Shown piece by piece: positions 54,191-62,796 of a stretch of 63,737 nucleotides of DNA. Both the position numbers and the translations under genes were made by a program. Position 1 is the first letter of the stretch, and the number at the start of each line of letters is the position of its first letter. Under the pieces are notes generated by a model, which made no database searches, was not told the DNA's origin, and was given only the letters and a program-made list of their open reading frames with translations. The stretch comes from Candidatus Woesearchaeota archaeon (lineage in GTDB: Archaea; Nanobdellota; Nanobdellia; Woesearchaeales; UBA10216), in the NCBI GenBank assembly GCA_016180085.1, contig JACPBX010000004.1, positions 1-63,737 of the forward strand, read 5' to 3'.

Positions 54191-54264
54191 TTCCCACTTA
54201 ACTTGAAATCACCAAGCTTCCGAAACCTTAATAAAGAGGCCGCTGTTGCTGCAGCAATACTAAA

Positions 54265-54648
54265 ATGATAACGCAGGGAAGGTCACTGGTGAAGCCAAGC
54301 GGCGGCCTGAAGAAGCATTACAGGAAGAAGAGGCTTTCCGAAAAGGGCTCCCAGCCGGTAATGAGCAGGCTGGGCAGCGCGCAGAAGCTGAGGGCTGACA
54401 GGGTCACTGGTGGTGCAATCAAGCAGAGGCTGCTGCAGACAGCTGTCGCGAACGTTTTTGATCCCAAATCAAGGAAATTTTCTGTTGCGAAGATTAAAAC
54501 CGTAAGCAACAACCCGGCAAACAGGTACTTCACCAGGGCCAATATAATCACAAGGGGTGCAGTTCTTGATACAGAGCTCGGCAAGGCAAAGGTTACTAAC
54601 AGGCCCGGTCAGGACGGCGTGATTAATGCCGTGCTCATAACCTCGTAA
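54265..54648 (+). CDS. rps8e: 30S ribosomal protein S8e
   Basis: Matches: KKHYRKKRLSEKGSQP...RVTGGAIKQRLL...NNPANRYFTRANIITRGAVLDTELGKAKVTNRPGQDGVINAVL. Confidence 0.92.
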   Translation: MITQGRSLVKPSGGLKKHYRKKRLSEKGSQPVMSRLGSAQKLRADRVTGGAIKQRLLQTAVANVFDPKSRKFSVAKIKTVSNNPANRYFTRANIITRGAVLDTELGKAKVTNRPGQDGVINAVLITS

Positions 54649-54707
54649 AAGCCACAACAGTCGTTACGTTATTCACTTCTTAGTGACTAATGATGAAAAG
54701 ATTTATA

Positions 54708-54796
54708 GAGGACTTTGAACAAAAGTTAAATATAAGAGAGTTATTCAAAGTCCTCTAAGACAACTTTGACAAGATGATGGATAATCAAAGTTGTCT
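54708..54796 (+). promoter_or_regulatory. TATA box flanked by one perfect 12-bp inverted repeat and followed by a second one abutting the start codon
   Basis: gaggactttgaa (54708-19) pairs with ttcaaagtcctc (54744-55), and ttaaatataa (54726-35) lies between them. agacaactttga (54758-69) pairs with tcaaagttgtct (54785-96), which ends 4 nt before the ATG at 54801. Confidence 0.6.
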
Positions 54797-54800
54797 ATAA

Positions 54801-55475
54801 ATGCCTGCGATTAAGGGCTATTCTATGACTAGGCAGCAACCTCAATTTGCTGGTATGGGAGGCACGTCGCCTTCATTCACGCCTGTTGACACGCCTGACT
54901 ACGCAATTACGGCAGAATTGCTTGCGCCGCTGAAAACAGGAAATAAAGCGGAAGCAGCCCAGGCTCACTATCTTCTGGCATCAGTTACCATCGGATTCGA
55001 TGGCGCTGAATTGCCCCGGAGTAATGTTGGCTTGCCCCGTCCTATCCTCTCCGGGATGACACCTGCTGAGCGCCTTGGCGTTTACAGCGGCATAGCCCTC
55101 AGGAAGTGGGGTGCCCACATTCCAGCGGGGCTTGAGGATTTACCAACTCCGGAGTGCATCTCAGAACTTGTCAAGGCTGCGTTTTTAAATACTCCATGGC
55201 CGCTTCGGATGATTGCAGGGCAGGGCAACAACGGTTACAACACAAGGCCCGGTGGTCTTGTCAGGAGAATGAGTCAGGTTCTTGACCAGTTCCCTGCCGC
55301 CGAAAGAGCTGCTGCCGAAAGAGGATTCAGGAGTGCTGCCCTTTCTACAACAAGGCCGCTGCATGAAGACATCCAGCACACTAACGCGCTTGATTTGGAC
55401 TCCCTTATTGAGGGCGTCACTGGCAGGTTTGCCGGGAAATACCAGCACGAAGTCCGTGCTGTGGCACAACATTAA
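54801..55475 (+). CDS. hypothetical protein
   Basis: 224-aa ORF downstream of the palindromic promoter region. I recognise no motif. Confidence 0.5.
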   Translation: MPAIKGYSMTRQQPQFAGMGGTSPSFTPVDTPDYAITAELLAPLKTGNKAEAAQAHYLLASVTIGFDGAELPRSNVGLPRPILSGMTPAERLGVYSGIALRKWGAHIPAGLEDLPTPECISELVKAAFLNTPWPLRMIAGQGNNGYNTRPGGLVRRMSQVLDQFPAAERAAAERGFRSAALSTTRPLHEDIQHTNALDLDSLIEGVTGRFAGKYQHEVRAVAQH

Positions 55476-55652
55476 AGGCAACATTAAGGAATAACCTGCT
55501 TTGCGGGCAGTGCCCTCTTCTTAGCTGCTACGATTACGGAAAACACGGAAAACAGCAATATTTAAATAAGCAGCAGCCGGATTAAACGAATAAGTTAGCT
55601 GCAAGAATAAGCTTGAATAGAATTGTAACAGTTGTGTAAAAAGGGGCTAAAG

Positions 55653-56375
55653 ATGGCTGAGGTTTCGTTACTTGTAATGTTTGCCATAGTGGTGGTTTCT
55701 GCGATTGTAATTTTCAAGATTGTTAAAGGAATAATACAGACAATCCTATTGACATCGGCTGTAGCAGCTGTTGTGCTTGCTGCCGCAGCCGGCTTTGTCG
55801 TTATGGACGCGCTGGATCTTAAGGACAAGTTACCGGTTAGCAGTAATGCATTGCTGCTGACAGGCACAGATGGCAAAAGCCTCATTGGGGGAATAGTCAT
55901 GAAAGGACAGGAAACTGAGCCTGTTGCAGCTTCCGAGCTGGAGAGGCTCAATTTGCTGTTTGGTAAAGGGGCTTATGAGGAGATGAAGGCTGGGAATTAC
56001 AAACTCATCATAATAAAGGAAGGAGCTGTGACAGGCTCTTTTGATGAATTGCCTGAAGTGGTGAACGTTGAGGGCTTTAGCATGAAAAGGGAAGCTTTGC
56101 TGGAGCAGCTCAGTATAAGCTCAGGCAGGGAAAAAGCAGCGCTGCTTATTGCCCTGTTCTCGCTTAAGGCTCAGCAGGACCCCCTGGTTGTTGTTTCAGA
56201 GTACAAGAAGGGCAACGCAATCGTGTATCCTGAAACCCCTGTCTTCAAGGCGATAAAGGTGATACCGCTCTCGTTTTTCAGGAAGGTTGCCGAAAAGGCC
56301 TTCCGGCAGGCTGCGGATGCGGGTAAAGGCGCTGCAAACAAGGCAGCGGCTGCTGCAGCTGCTGCGGCAGCGTGA
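55653..56375 (+). CDS. membrane protein (two N-terminal TM helices, Ala-rich C-terminus)
   Basis: The N-terminus MAEVSLLVMFAIVVVSAIVIF... is hydrophobic. The ATG at 55653 is preceded by aaagggg. The track start at 55632 is a TTG. Confidence 0.55.
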   Translation: MAEVSLLVMFAIVVVSAIVIFKIVKGIIQTILLTSAVAAVVLAAAAGFVVMDALDLKDKLPVSSNALLLTGTDGKSLIGGIVMKGQETEPVAASELERLNLLFGKGAYEEMKAGNYKLIIIKEGAVTGSFDELPEVVNVEGFSMKREALLEQLSISSGREKAALLIALFSLKAQQDPLVVVSEYKKGNAIVYPETPVFKAIKVIPLSFFRKVAEKAFRQAADAGKGAANKAAAAAAAAAA

Positions 56376-56509
56376 AACGCGAATGATGCCTGTGCAGTTG
56401 CAGTGCAAATGGGCTGCGTAGTGGATTTTTAGCGTAAAAAAGAGGTGCGGAAACGTTAGGCATAAGCTTTGGCAGAAGGAATGCAAAGGCTGTTGAAGCA
56501 GCAAGGCAT

Positions 56510-59500
56510 TTGGCATTTCTGGCAGCGGTCATGGCGGCAGCTTTTGTTGCGGCAGCGATAGCCGGAAGCGATGATGCGCTTGCCCTGACCACTGCCGTTG
56601 ACACGTGGATTGTTTCAGGCCAAACCATTACTGTAGAGGGCCAGTCATTTGCTGTGTTCCTGAGCTCCAAAACCAATGAGATAGTGGCGGATTACGGGAA
56701 GGGCAGCCTGTTTGTGAAGAACAACAGCTGCGATGCTACAGGAATTGCAAGGATTTGCCTTGATAACGTGCAGTACGACATCACTGATAGGGTTTACAAG
56801 ATAAAAATAAGGGGAATATCGCTGGCCCCGTCTATCAGCATAACCCGCGAAGTGTCAAAGTCAGAATTCCTTGCAGGCGATGTAACAACATTCACAGTTA
56901 CCCTGAAGAACACAGGCGGCTTTGCAAGGAACGTGACTTTTGAGGAGAGGATTCCGGTCGAGTTTGAGGTGACGGAAACCGAAGGGCTGCCGCTTAAGCA
57001 GGGCTTGGCGGCCTGGAAAGGCAACCTTGATGAGTCAGGAACTGCAAGCTTCAGCTACACTGTCAGGGCAAAAGAGGCCTTTGACGGCTCCCTGGTTTCC
57101 TCCTTAACGTATTTTGACGGGCTCAGGCTCAAGACTGTTTACGGCACAAAGTTGAGCCTCAAAACAAGCAGCCCGGTGACATTGGCGACGAGCATTGGAA
57201 AAAGCGAGATTTTCATTGGCGAAAGGAACAACATCACAATCAATCTCAGCAACAGGCTTCCCGAAACAGCTATCATCGGGATTGAGCTGGTATTTGACCC
57301 TGGCCTTAAGGTCGTGTCAAGGCCTTATGATGCAAGGAACACCACGCCGTTTAACTATGTCTGGGGCAGCGAGATTCCGCGCGTGTACAACCAAAGCACA
57401 AACACAAGCAACCTTACGGGGTGGATTAACACATCAAAGGCGTGGTTCTTTGAATTCAAGGGGGTAAACACAGGCAATTCAAAAATACAGGTCAAGGCCA
57501 ATTATAGGCCGCAGAGTGAGGGGAATGCAGGCGCTGCCAAAGCGCTTCCTGTGAGCACTCAAAATATTTTAATCTCAAATAAGGGCATAATAGTAAGGAC
57601 ATCATTAAAGGAAGTCACACTGGAATCAAACCAGGGCAAGAGGGCAAAAGTGTGGCTGCAAAACCTGAACTCCTATGCGGGGCTGCGCAACGTGCATGCA
57701 AACATAAGCACAGACCTGCTCTATTTGCCGGATAAATTCATTGAAAGGATGGAGCCGAAAGAGCAGGTGCTTCTGGTGGATAAGTTTTTCTACGCTCCTG
57801 TTGTTGACAAGAGCACAGGGTATGTTATTGCAACAAACGTAAGCTACCTGTCCGAATTTGGGGACAACTTTTCCGCATCGTCCAAGGACACTGCCACTGT
57901 CCTGCCGGAACAGGATGTTAGCCTGGTCAAATCAGTATCAGCCAGCGAAGCAAAATCGGGTGATGAAATCACCGTGTCTGTATCGGTAAGGAATTCCCGG
58001 CTTACAAAGCTCAGGGGCGTATATGTGGCCGACAATATTTCTGGGGAATTCGCAGCTGTTGGAAAAACATCCGCTGTTATTGATGTAAAAAGCAAAAGCG
58101 ACGAGCCGGCTTTCACTTATAAGTTGAAAGCGCCACACGTCAGCAAGGCAATGGTGCTGCACTCAAACACCACGCTGCGCTATTATGACAAATATAACGA
58201 GGACCTGTATGCCGAGCCAAAGGACCACGTGATTAACAAAGTAACTGAAATAAAAGTCGAGCCGGAAAGCCTTCCTCTGGGCATAAGCACCGTGGTGGAA
58301 GATTCCGCCATTTATGTGGGGGAGGAATTTGATGTAAAATACAAAGTGGCCAACACTGCAGACAGCAAGGTGGCTAAAAACATAGTGCTGACTGTCCCGC
58401 TTGATTACGGGTTTGACCTGGTTGGCAAGGGAGAAAACACGACCATCCCGCTTCTCGGCCCTGGAGAAACTGTTGTTGTTGCAAACTTTGACAGGAGAAG
58501 GGCCAAATTTTCGGGCGATGCCGAATTTTCAAAGCCAATCCTGGAGTACGAAAATGTTTACGGCGACCGCTATTCTGCCAATGGAACCTCGGCAGTTTTA
58601 GCAATAAAGGACAGTTACCTGCAGGGCCCTGCAATACTCGTTGAAAAGAGCGCGCCTAAAAAAGCAAATAACACAGACCTTTTCACTGTTGAATTGAAGG
58701 TCAGAAACATTGGAACAGTGCTTGCCGATGTTCTTCTTGAAGACGAGGAAAACAAGTTCCGAATACAATTGGCCAATGGCACGGAATACGCGGTTAACCT
58801 CAGCAAAAGGCACACAATATCCGGAAAGCTGGAATTGCCGCAGGCAAGGGCAACCTACAGCTACAAGGGCGCTGTTTACAAGACTGCATCGAAGTCAAGT
58901 TCGGTGGAAATAGTTGATAACCCTGTGCTCAGCATAGAGAAAATTGCGCCATCAAAGGCTACCAACGTTGAGCCCTACACGGTGATGCTGAAGCTTGAAA
59001 GCAAGGCCCCGACGCCTGTTGAAAACGTGACAGTGTCTGATGGCGAGCGGACGTGGCCGATTAAGTCAATTCCTGGCGGGGGCCATGCTAACCTCACTTA
59101 TGAGGAAATAACCAGGGTGATAGGCGAGCAGAAATTGGCAGCTGCCTCGGCAATATACGGCTATGCAGGCGGCCTTTACAGGGTTACGTCGAATTCTCCT
59201 GTACTGGACGTTGAGGAAAAAAAGCTCGTTTCCATCGTGAAAGAGGTGAGCCCGGCGAGCGCCGAAAGGGCTGAAAAGGTAAAGGTAGGGATAACGGTTA
59301 AAAACCTGCACACAGAAGGCCTCAGCGTCATAATACTTGACAGCAAAAAAAGCTTTACAGCCGAGCTTGAGGCAGGTGAGGAAAAGAATCTGAGTTATGA
59401 CATACAGGCGGATCAGGCAACCGCTGAGCCTGCAAGTGCAACATACACTTTTAAAGGGCAGCAGCTGACAACAGCTTCCAGGCAGCCTGATTTCACGCTT

Positions 59501-59629
59501 TTGGAGCCCGAAATCGCAACGAACAAAACAGAGTCTGATGGAAATGGGAAAGAAAAGAAATCCGGGAACATTTTCAGCGCAGCTGTCAATGCTTTGCTGA
59601 GCATACTGACTTGGAAACGAGGTGGTTGA
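56510..59629 (+). CDS. large secreted/anchored envelope protein with DUF11/CARDB-like repeats (S-layer-like candidate)
   Basis: Signal-like AFLAAVMAAAFVAAAIAGSDDALA. Repeated segments of about 110 aa of the type ...GD.VT.TV.LKN.G... Many N-x-S/T sequons. C-terminal TM IFSAAVNALLSILTW. The start is uncertain (TTG at 56510 or ATG at 56531). Confidence 0.65.
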   Translation: MAFLAAVMAAAFVAAAIAGSDDALALTTAVDTWIVSGQTITVEGQSFAVFLSSKTNEIVADYGKGSLFVKNNSCDATGIARICLDNVQYDITDRVYKIKIRGISLAPSISITREVSKSEFLAGDVTTFTVTLKNTGGFARNVTFEERIPVEFEVTETEGLPLKQGLAAWKGNLDESGTASFSYTVRAKEAFDGSLVSSLTYFDGLRLKTVYGTKLSLKTSSPVTLATSIGKSEIFIGERNNITINLSNRLPETAIIGIELVFDPGLKVVSRPYDARNTTPFNYVWGSEIPRVYNQSTNTSNLTGWINTSKAWFFEFKGVNTGNSKIQVKANYRPQSEGNAGAAKALPVSTQNILISNKGIIVRTSLKEVTLESNQGKRAKVWLQNLNSYAGLRNVHANISTDLLYLPDKFIERMEPKEQVLLVDKFFYAPVVDKSTGYVIATNVSYLSEFGDNFSASSKDTATVLPEQDVSLVKSVSASEAKSGDEITVSVSVRNSRLTKLRGVYVADNISGEFAAVGKTSAVIDVKSKSDEPAFTYKLKAPHVSKAMVLHSNTTLRYYDKYNEDLYAEPKDHVINKVTEIKVEPESLPLGISTVVEDSAIYVGEEFDVKYKVANTADSKVAKNIVLTVPLDYGFDLVGKGENTTIPLLGPGETVVVANFDRRRAKFSGDAEFSKPILEYENVYGDRYSANGTSAVLAIKDSYLQGPAILVEKSAPKKANNTDLFTVELKVRNIGTVLADVLLEDEENKFRIQLANGTEYAVNLSKRHTISGKLELPQARATYSYKGAVYKTASKSSSVEIVDNPVLSIEKIAPSKATNVEPYTVMLKLESKAPTPVENVTVSDGERTWPIKSIPGGGHANLTYEEITRVIGEQKLAAASAIYGYAGGLYRVTSNSPVLDVEEKKLVSIVKEVSPASAERAEKVKVGITVKNLHTEGLSVIILDSKKSFTAELEAGEEKNLSYDIQADQATAEPASATYTFKGQQLTTASRQPDFTLLEPEIATNKTESDGNGKEKKSGNIFSAAVNALLSILTWKRGG

Positions 59630-59631
59630 GA

Positions 59632-60081
59632 ATGAGCATATTTGGGATTTTTGGAAAAGTGCTGCCATGGAAAAAGAAGGATGAGCTTGGGCTGAATGAC
59701 AGCCTTGGCCTTGGCGGCTTTGGCGGAGGAGGCCCTGGCGGCCCGGGCATGCAGGGTGGAATGCCCGGCATGGACCTTGGCTTCGGAGGGGCACCAGGAC
59801 CAGGTACTGGCATGCCAGGCGGGATGCCTGGCTCAGCGCAGCAATACGCTTCCCAGCAGCAATTTGGCGGGTTTGGCATGGCCGCCCAGCAGTCCCCCCC
59901 GATGGAGTCATTCCAAAGCAGCCAGGCATACCAGCAGTCTTACGCAACTGGCAAGGAGATCGAAGTTGTCTCGGCAAAGCTTGATGCCATAAGGGCAGCG
60001 CTTGAAACGCTCAACCAGAGGCTTGCATCAATCGAAAGGTATATGCAAACCGAGCAGGACTTCAAGAAGCGCGGATGGTAG
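59632..60081 (+). CDS. Gly/Pro/Met/Gln-rich low-complexity protein with an N-terminal amphipathic segment and a C-terminal coiled coil
   Basis: The ATG at 59632 is preceded by gaggtgg. The sequence is MSIFGIFGKVLPWKKK, then GGFGGGGPGGPGMQGGMPGM..., then KLDAIRAALETLNQRLASIERYM. It overlaps lspA by 7 nt (60075-60081, spanning atggtag). Confidence 0.55.
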   Translation: MSIFGIFGKVLPWKKKDELGLNDSLGLGGFGGGGPGGPGMQGGMPGMDLGFGGAPGPGTGMPGGMPGSAQQYASQQQFGGFGMAAQQSPPMESFQSSQAYQQSYATGKEIEVVSAKLDAIRAALETLNQRLASIERYMQTEQDFKKRGW

Positions 60082-60662
60082 AGATTGGCAGGTTGGCTAA
60101 TACTGCACTCATAAGGAAGGGAAAGGCATTGTCAGCTTCAGCAGCTTCTCCAGGTTACATCCCGCTATTTATCGGGGTGGCAGCGTTAACTGGCCTTGAC
60201 CAGCTCACAAAAGCAATTATCAGGGGTTCCCTGCCCCCCCCATACAGCATAGACTTGCCAGTTTCTCTTGGCTTGCTGCAAATCGTGCACATAACCAACA
60301 CAGGCTCAATCTTTGGCACACTAAAAGGAACCCAGCTATGGATTGGCATTTTATCAATAGCCGTGGTTGTTTTCCTCACCATAAGCTACAAAAAGCTGGG
60401 CCAAAGGCTTCAGAGGCTTGGTGCGCTCCTGATAATTGCCGGGGCAGTTGGCAACACAATAGACCGCCTGTTGCTCGGCAGGGTTACTGACTTCATTTAC
60501 CTGCGCCCCTGGCCTGCATTCAACCTTGCAGACATGTTTCTTTTCTTTGGGGCAGCGCTTCTGATTTTATCACTCATTTCGCTGCCGCGATGGCTGCTGC
60601 CAGTTGCTGCCGCTGCCAGGCGCAGCGGGAAAAGAAATGGGAAAGGAAAGAACAAAAAATGA
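60075..60662 (+). CDS. lspA: lipoprotein signal peptidase (signal peptidase II)
   Basis: Matches the conserved LspA boxes: DQLTK, NTGSIFG, GAVGNTIDRLLLGRVTDF and FNLADMF. Confidence 0.85.
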   Translation: MVEIGRLANTALIRKGKALSASAASPGYIPLFIGVAALTGLDQLTKAIIRGSLPPPYSIDLPVSLGLLQIVHITNTGSIFGTLKGTQLWIGILSIAVVVFLTISYKKLGQRLQRLGALLIIAGAVGNTIDRLLLGRVTDFIYLRPWPAFNLADMFLFFGAALLILSLISLPRWLLPVAAAARRSGKRNGKGKNKK

Positions 60663-60701
60663 GCTTTTTAGCAGTTTAGCAGGCTTTAGCGGGCCTTAAC
60701 G

Positions 60702-61208
60702 CTACCTTCGCTTCGCTGCCGACTTTGGGCTCCTTGAGCCGCGCTTTACGATGCGCTTTGCGCCAGCCGGAATTGCTTCCTTAACCCTTTCCAGCTTCTG
60801 CCTTGCCTCGCTCAGTTTTTTTTCAGCGGCAATGAGCTTTTTGACCTCTGTTTTCAGCCTGCCCGGGACTGGCTGTGACAGCGTGCTGGTTGCCGAAAGA
60901 ATAAGCCCGATAGCCGCTACTCCAATCGTGCCAATCCTAACAAGGCTGAGATATTTTGCAACAGTATAGAGGTAAGCCATATTTGCCAAAACCGCAAGGA
61001 AAAAAGCAAGGAAAAGGAATGACGAAACAGCATCATCACCTGAAGCCGTAAGCGATGCAACAAGAAGCATCCCGAGCAGTGCAAGAAGGAAAAGCTCAAC
61101 AGGGTATGCAAAATTCCCCCTCACAACGGCAAGAATGGAGGCAAGGAATGAGACAATGGCAACCATGCCAATAGCTGCTCGGTCAAAACCCGTCATGCGG
61201 GTTTTCAA
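60702..61208 (-). CDS. membrane protein with a basic C-terminal tail
   Basis: Four hydrophobic segments followed by a K/R-rich helical tail. I recognise no motif. Confidence 0.5.
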   Translation of the reverse strand: MKTRMTGFDRAAIGMVAIVSFLASILAVVRGNFAYPVELFLLALLGMLLVASLTASGDDAVSSFLFLAFFLAVLANMAYLYTVAKYLSLVRIGTIGVAAIGLILSATSTLSQPVPGRLKTEVKKLIAAEKKLSEARQKLERVKEAIPAGAKRIVKRGSRSPKSAAKRR

Positions 61209-61259
61209 GAAGCCGCAACTATATAAATTTTTTGATTGTTATCTATTTTAAAGTAGTAA

Positions 61260-61604
61260 TTAGAACTCCTCAAACGCCTGGGCTTCCTTGAGCATGCCCT
61301 TGTTCCTGAGGTACTGGAGCTGTGCCTTGCTGTACTTGTGCAGCACATCGCCCCTGTCATCGCCTGAAAGCTCCCAGGGCTCAACCAGAATCGTATCGCC
61401 GGCCCTGACCCAGAGGAACCGCTTGAACCTGCCCGGGATTCTGCAAATCCGCAGCTTGCCGTCAAAGCACTTGACCCTCATCCTTGTTCCCCCAAGGAGC
61501 TGGTCAACTATGCCGAACACCTGCCTTCCCCTTGGCATCTTGACCCTTCGGATTTCCTCGGCAAGCTGCTCCTGCCTTTCCTCCTGTGCTTTCTTTACGC
61601 CCAT
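61260..61604 (-). CDS. eif1a: translation initiation factor aIF-1A
   Basis: MPRGRQVFGIVDQLLGGTRMRVKCFDGKLRICRIPGRFKRFLWVRAGDTILVEPWE is the S1-like OB fold of eIF1A. Confidence 0.92.
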   Translation of the reverse strand: MGVKKAQEERQEQLAEEIRRVKMPRGRQVFGIVDQLLGGTRMRVKCFDGKLRICRIPGRFKRFLWVRAGDTILVEPWELSGDDRGDVLHKYSKAQLQYLRNKGMLKEAQAFEEF

Positions 61605-61675
61605 GCCGTTCGCATCCCTGGTTTGTTATATAAATGTTTTTATGGCAGATAAAAAGCAAAAAGCGGATAAAAGAA

Positions 61676-62401
61676 CTATTTTGACGGTGCTGCACGTGAG
61701 GCTTCAACAGATGCAAGCTTCAGCACTTCCTCAATGTTAATAACCGGCTTCGGGAACTTGTCATAGTCATCTATCATGCGGTGGCATGCGGTATTCACGA
61801 AGCACTGCACGAATGGAAAGTTTCGCAGCTGCTGGAAATCTATGGTATCGCACACAAGGTAATGAAACTTCTTTTCGGGGAACTTTTGCGGCAGCGAAAA
61901 AATGTCCTTTAATGCTACCTGGACTCCCAGCTGCCCTGGCTTTACAGTTACAACAACGCCAATATTTTCAGAAGACAGAAAAGTCAGCAATGCGCCTTTC
62001 TCCTTCTTCCTGATTCGTTCAGCCCACTCCCTTCCGAGCTTCCTGAACCCTTTCGTGAAAGGGTCAAAGCAGTACACTGGCTTGTCAGAGCCGAGCAGCA
62101 GCGCTTCAGGGTGGAACATCCCATCACCGACGTAAATGAAAGCGTCCGTATTCACATCATCAAACTCCATTTTGCTGTAGCCGCAGCCCAGAATCTGGCC
62201 AAGGTGCTTGGAATGCCTTGCCTTCAGCAATGATGCCTCTTTGCCGCTTCTTTCCAGCTGCTGCTGCAACTGCGGCAGCTTATCGATGAACTGAACGCTT
62301 GCGGCAAGGCAAATCCTTTTTGGCAGCTTGTTAATCAGCTTTTCGGGGAAATCTATCCCTATGTTCGCTTTCGTTTCGATGAAAAACATTTTCATTGGCA
62401 T
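61676..62401 (-). CDS. dph2: diphthamide synthesis protein Dph2 (2-(3-amino-3-carboxypropyl)histidine synthase)
   Basis: Matches: LAASVQF, GQILGCGYS and IYVGDGMFHPEALLL. The ATG at 62401 lies about 27 nt downstream of a TATA-like box (62424-62433, minus). The track start at 62419 is a TTG. Confidence 0.85.
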   Translation of the reverse strand: MPMKMFFIETKANIGIDFPEKLINKLPKRICLAASVQFIDKLPQLQQQLERSGKEASLLKARHSKHLGQILGCGYSKMEFDDVNTDAFIYVGDGMFHPEALLLGSDKPVYCFDPFTKGFRKLGREWAERIRKKEKGALLTFLSSENIGVVVTVKPGQLGVQVALKDIFSLPQKFPEKKFHYLVCDTIDFQQLRNFPFVQCFVNTACHRMIDDYDKFPKPVINIEEVLKLASVEASRAAPSK

Positions 62402-62453
62402 GTAAAGCCGGGGTGACAAAGGTATTTAAAAACATTAAGATAAAACGGGGGAT

Positions 62454-62500
62454 GCGCAAGTCGGCAGCAGCCGACTGCGCAGTCCTGCCGAAGCAGGACT
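62454..62500 (-). other. two tandem GC-rich hairpins immediately 3' of the tRNA
   Basis: The minus strand reads AGTCCTGC-TTCG-GCAGGACT (8 bp, UUCG loop), then GCGCAGTCGGC-TGCT-GCCGACTTGCGC (11 bp with one bulge). An alternative outer pairing GCGCAAGTC/GACTTGCGC is possible. Confidence 0.55.
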
Positions 62501-62502
62501 TG

Positions 62503-62616
62503 CGCCGCGGGCGGGATTCTCACAATTTTTTTGGATTGTTTTGAACCCGCATGAGAGCCGGGTGACTCTCACTCGGTTCTGAGCCGAGCGCATCTGCCAG
62601 GTTCTGCTACCGCGGC
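62503..62616 (-). tRNA. class II tRNA, anticodon CAG (Leu), with about a 23-nt insert (putative intron) in the T-loop
   Basis: Minus-strand fold: acceptor GCCGCGG/CCGCGGC; D arm GCA-gaacctggcaga-TGC; anticodon arm CTCGG-CTCAGAA-CCGAG; variable arm GAGAG-tcacccgg-CTCTC; T stem GCGGG/CCCGC. The T stem encloses TTCAAA + insert (about 62517-62539) + T. The discriminator is G. Confidence 0.8.
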
Positions 62617-62796
62617 ACTCCCCACTAGCTTCTTATTTTGAGTCTAATTATGTTTATCTGAAGATTTCTTGAAAAATGTGCAGTATCTTTGAAGAATATT
62701 CGGATAGTAATGGAAGATTTGCCAGAAAAGTGCAAAATTATGAAAGATTTTCAACAATGTCGAAAAGATTAAATACTAGTACTGGCATTTTCATTT

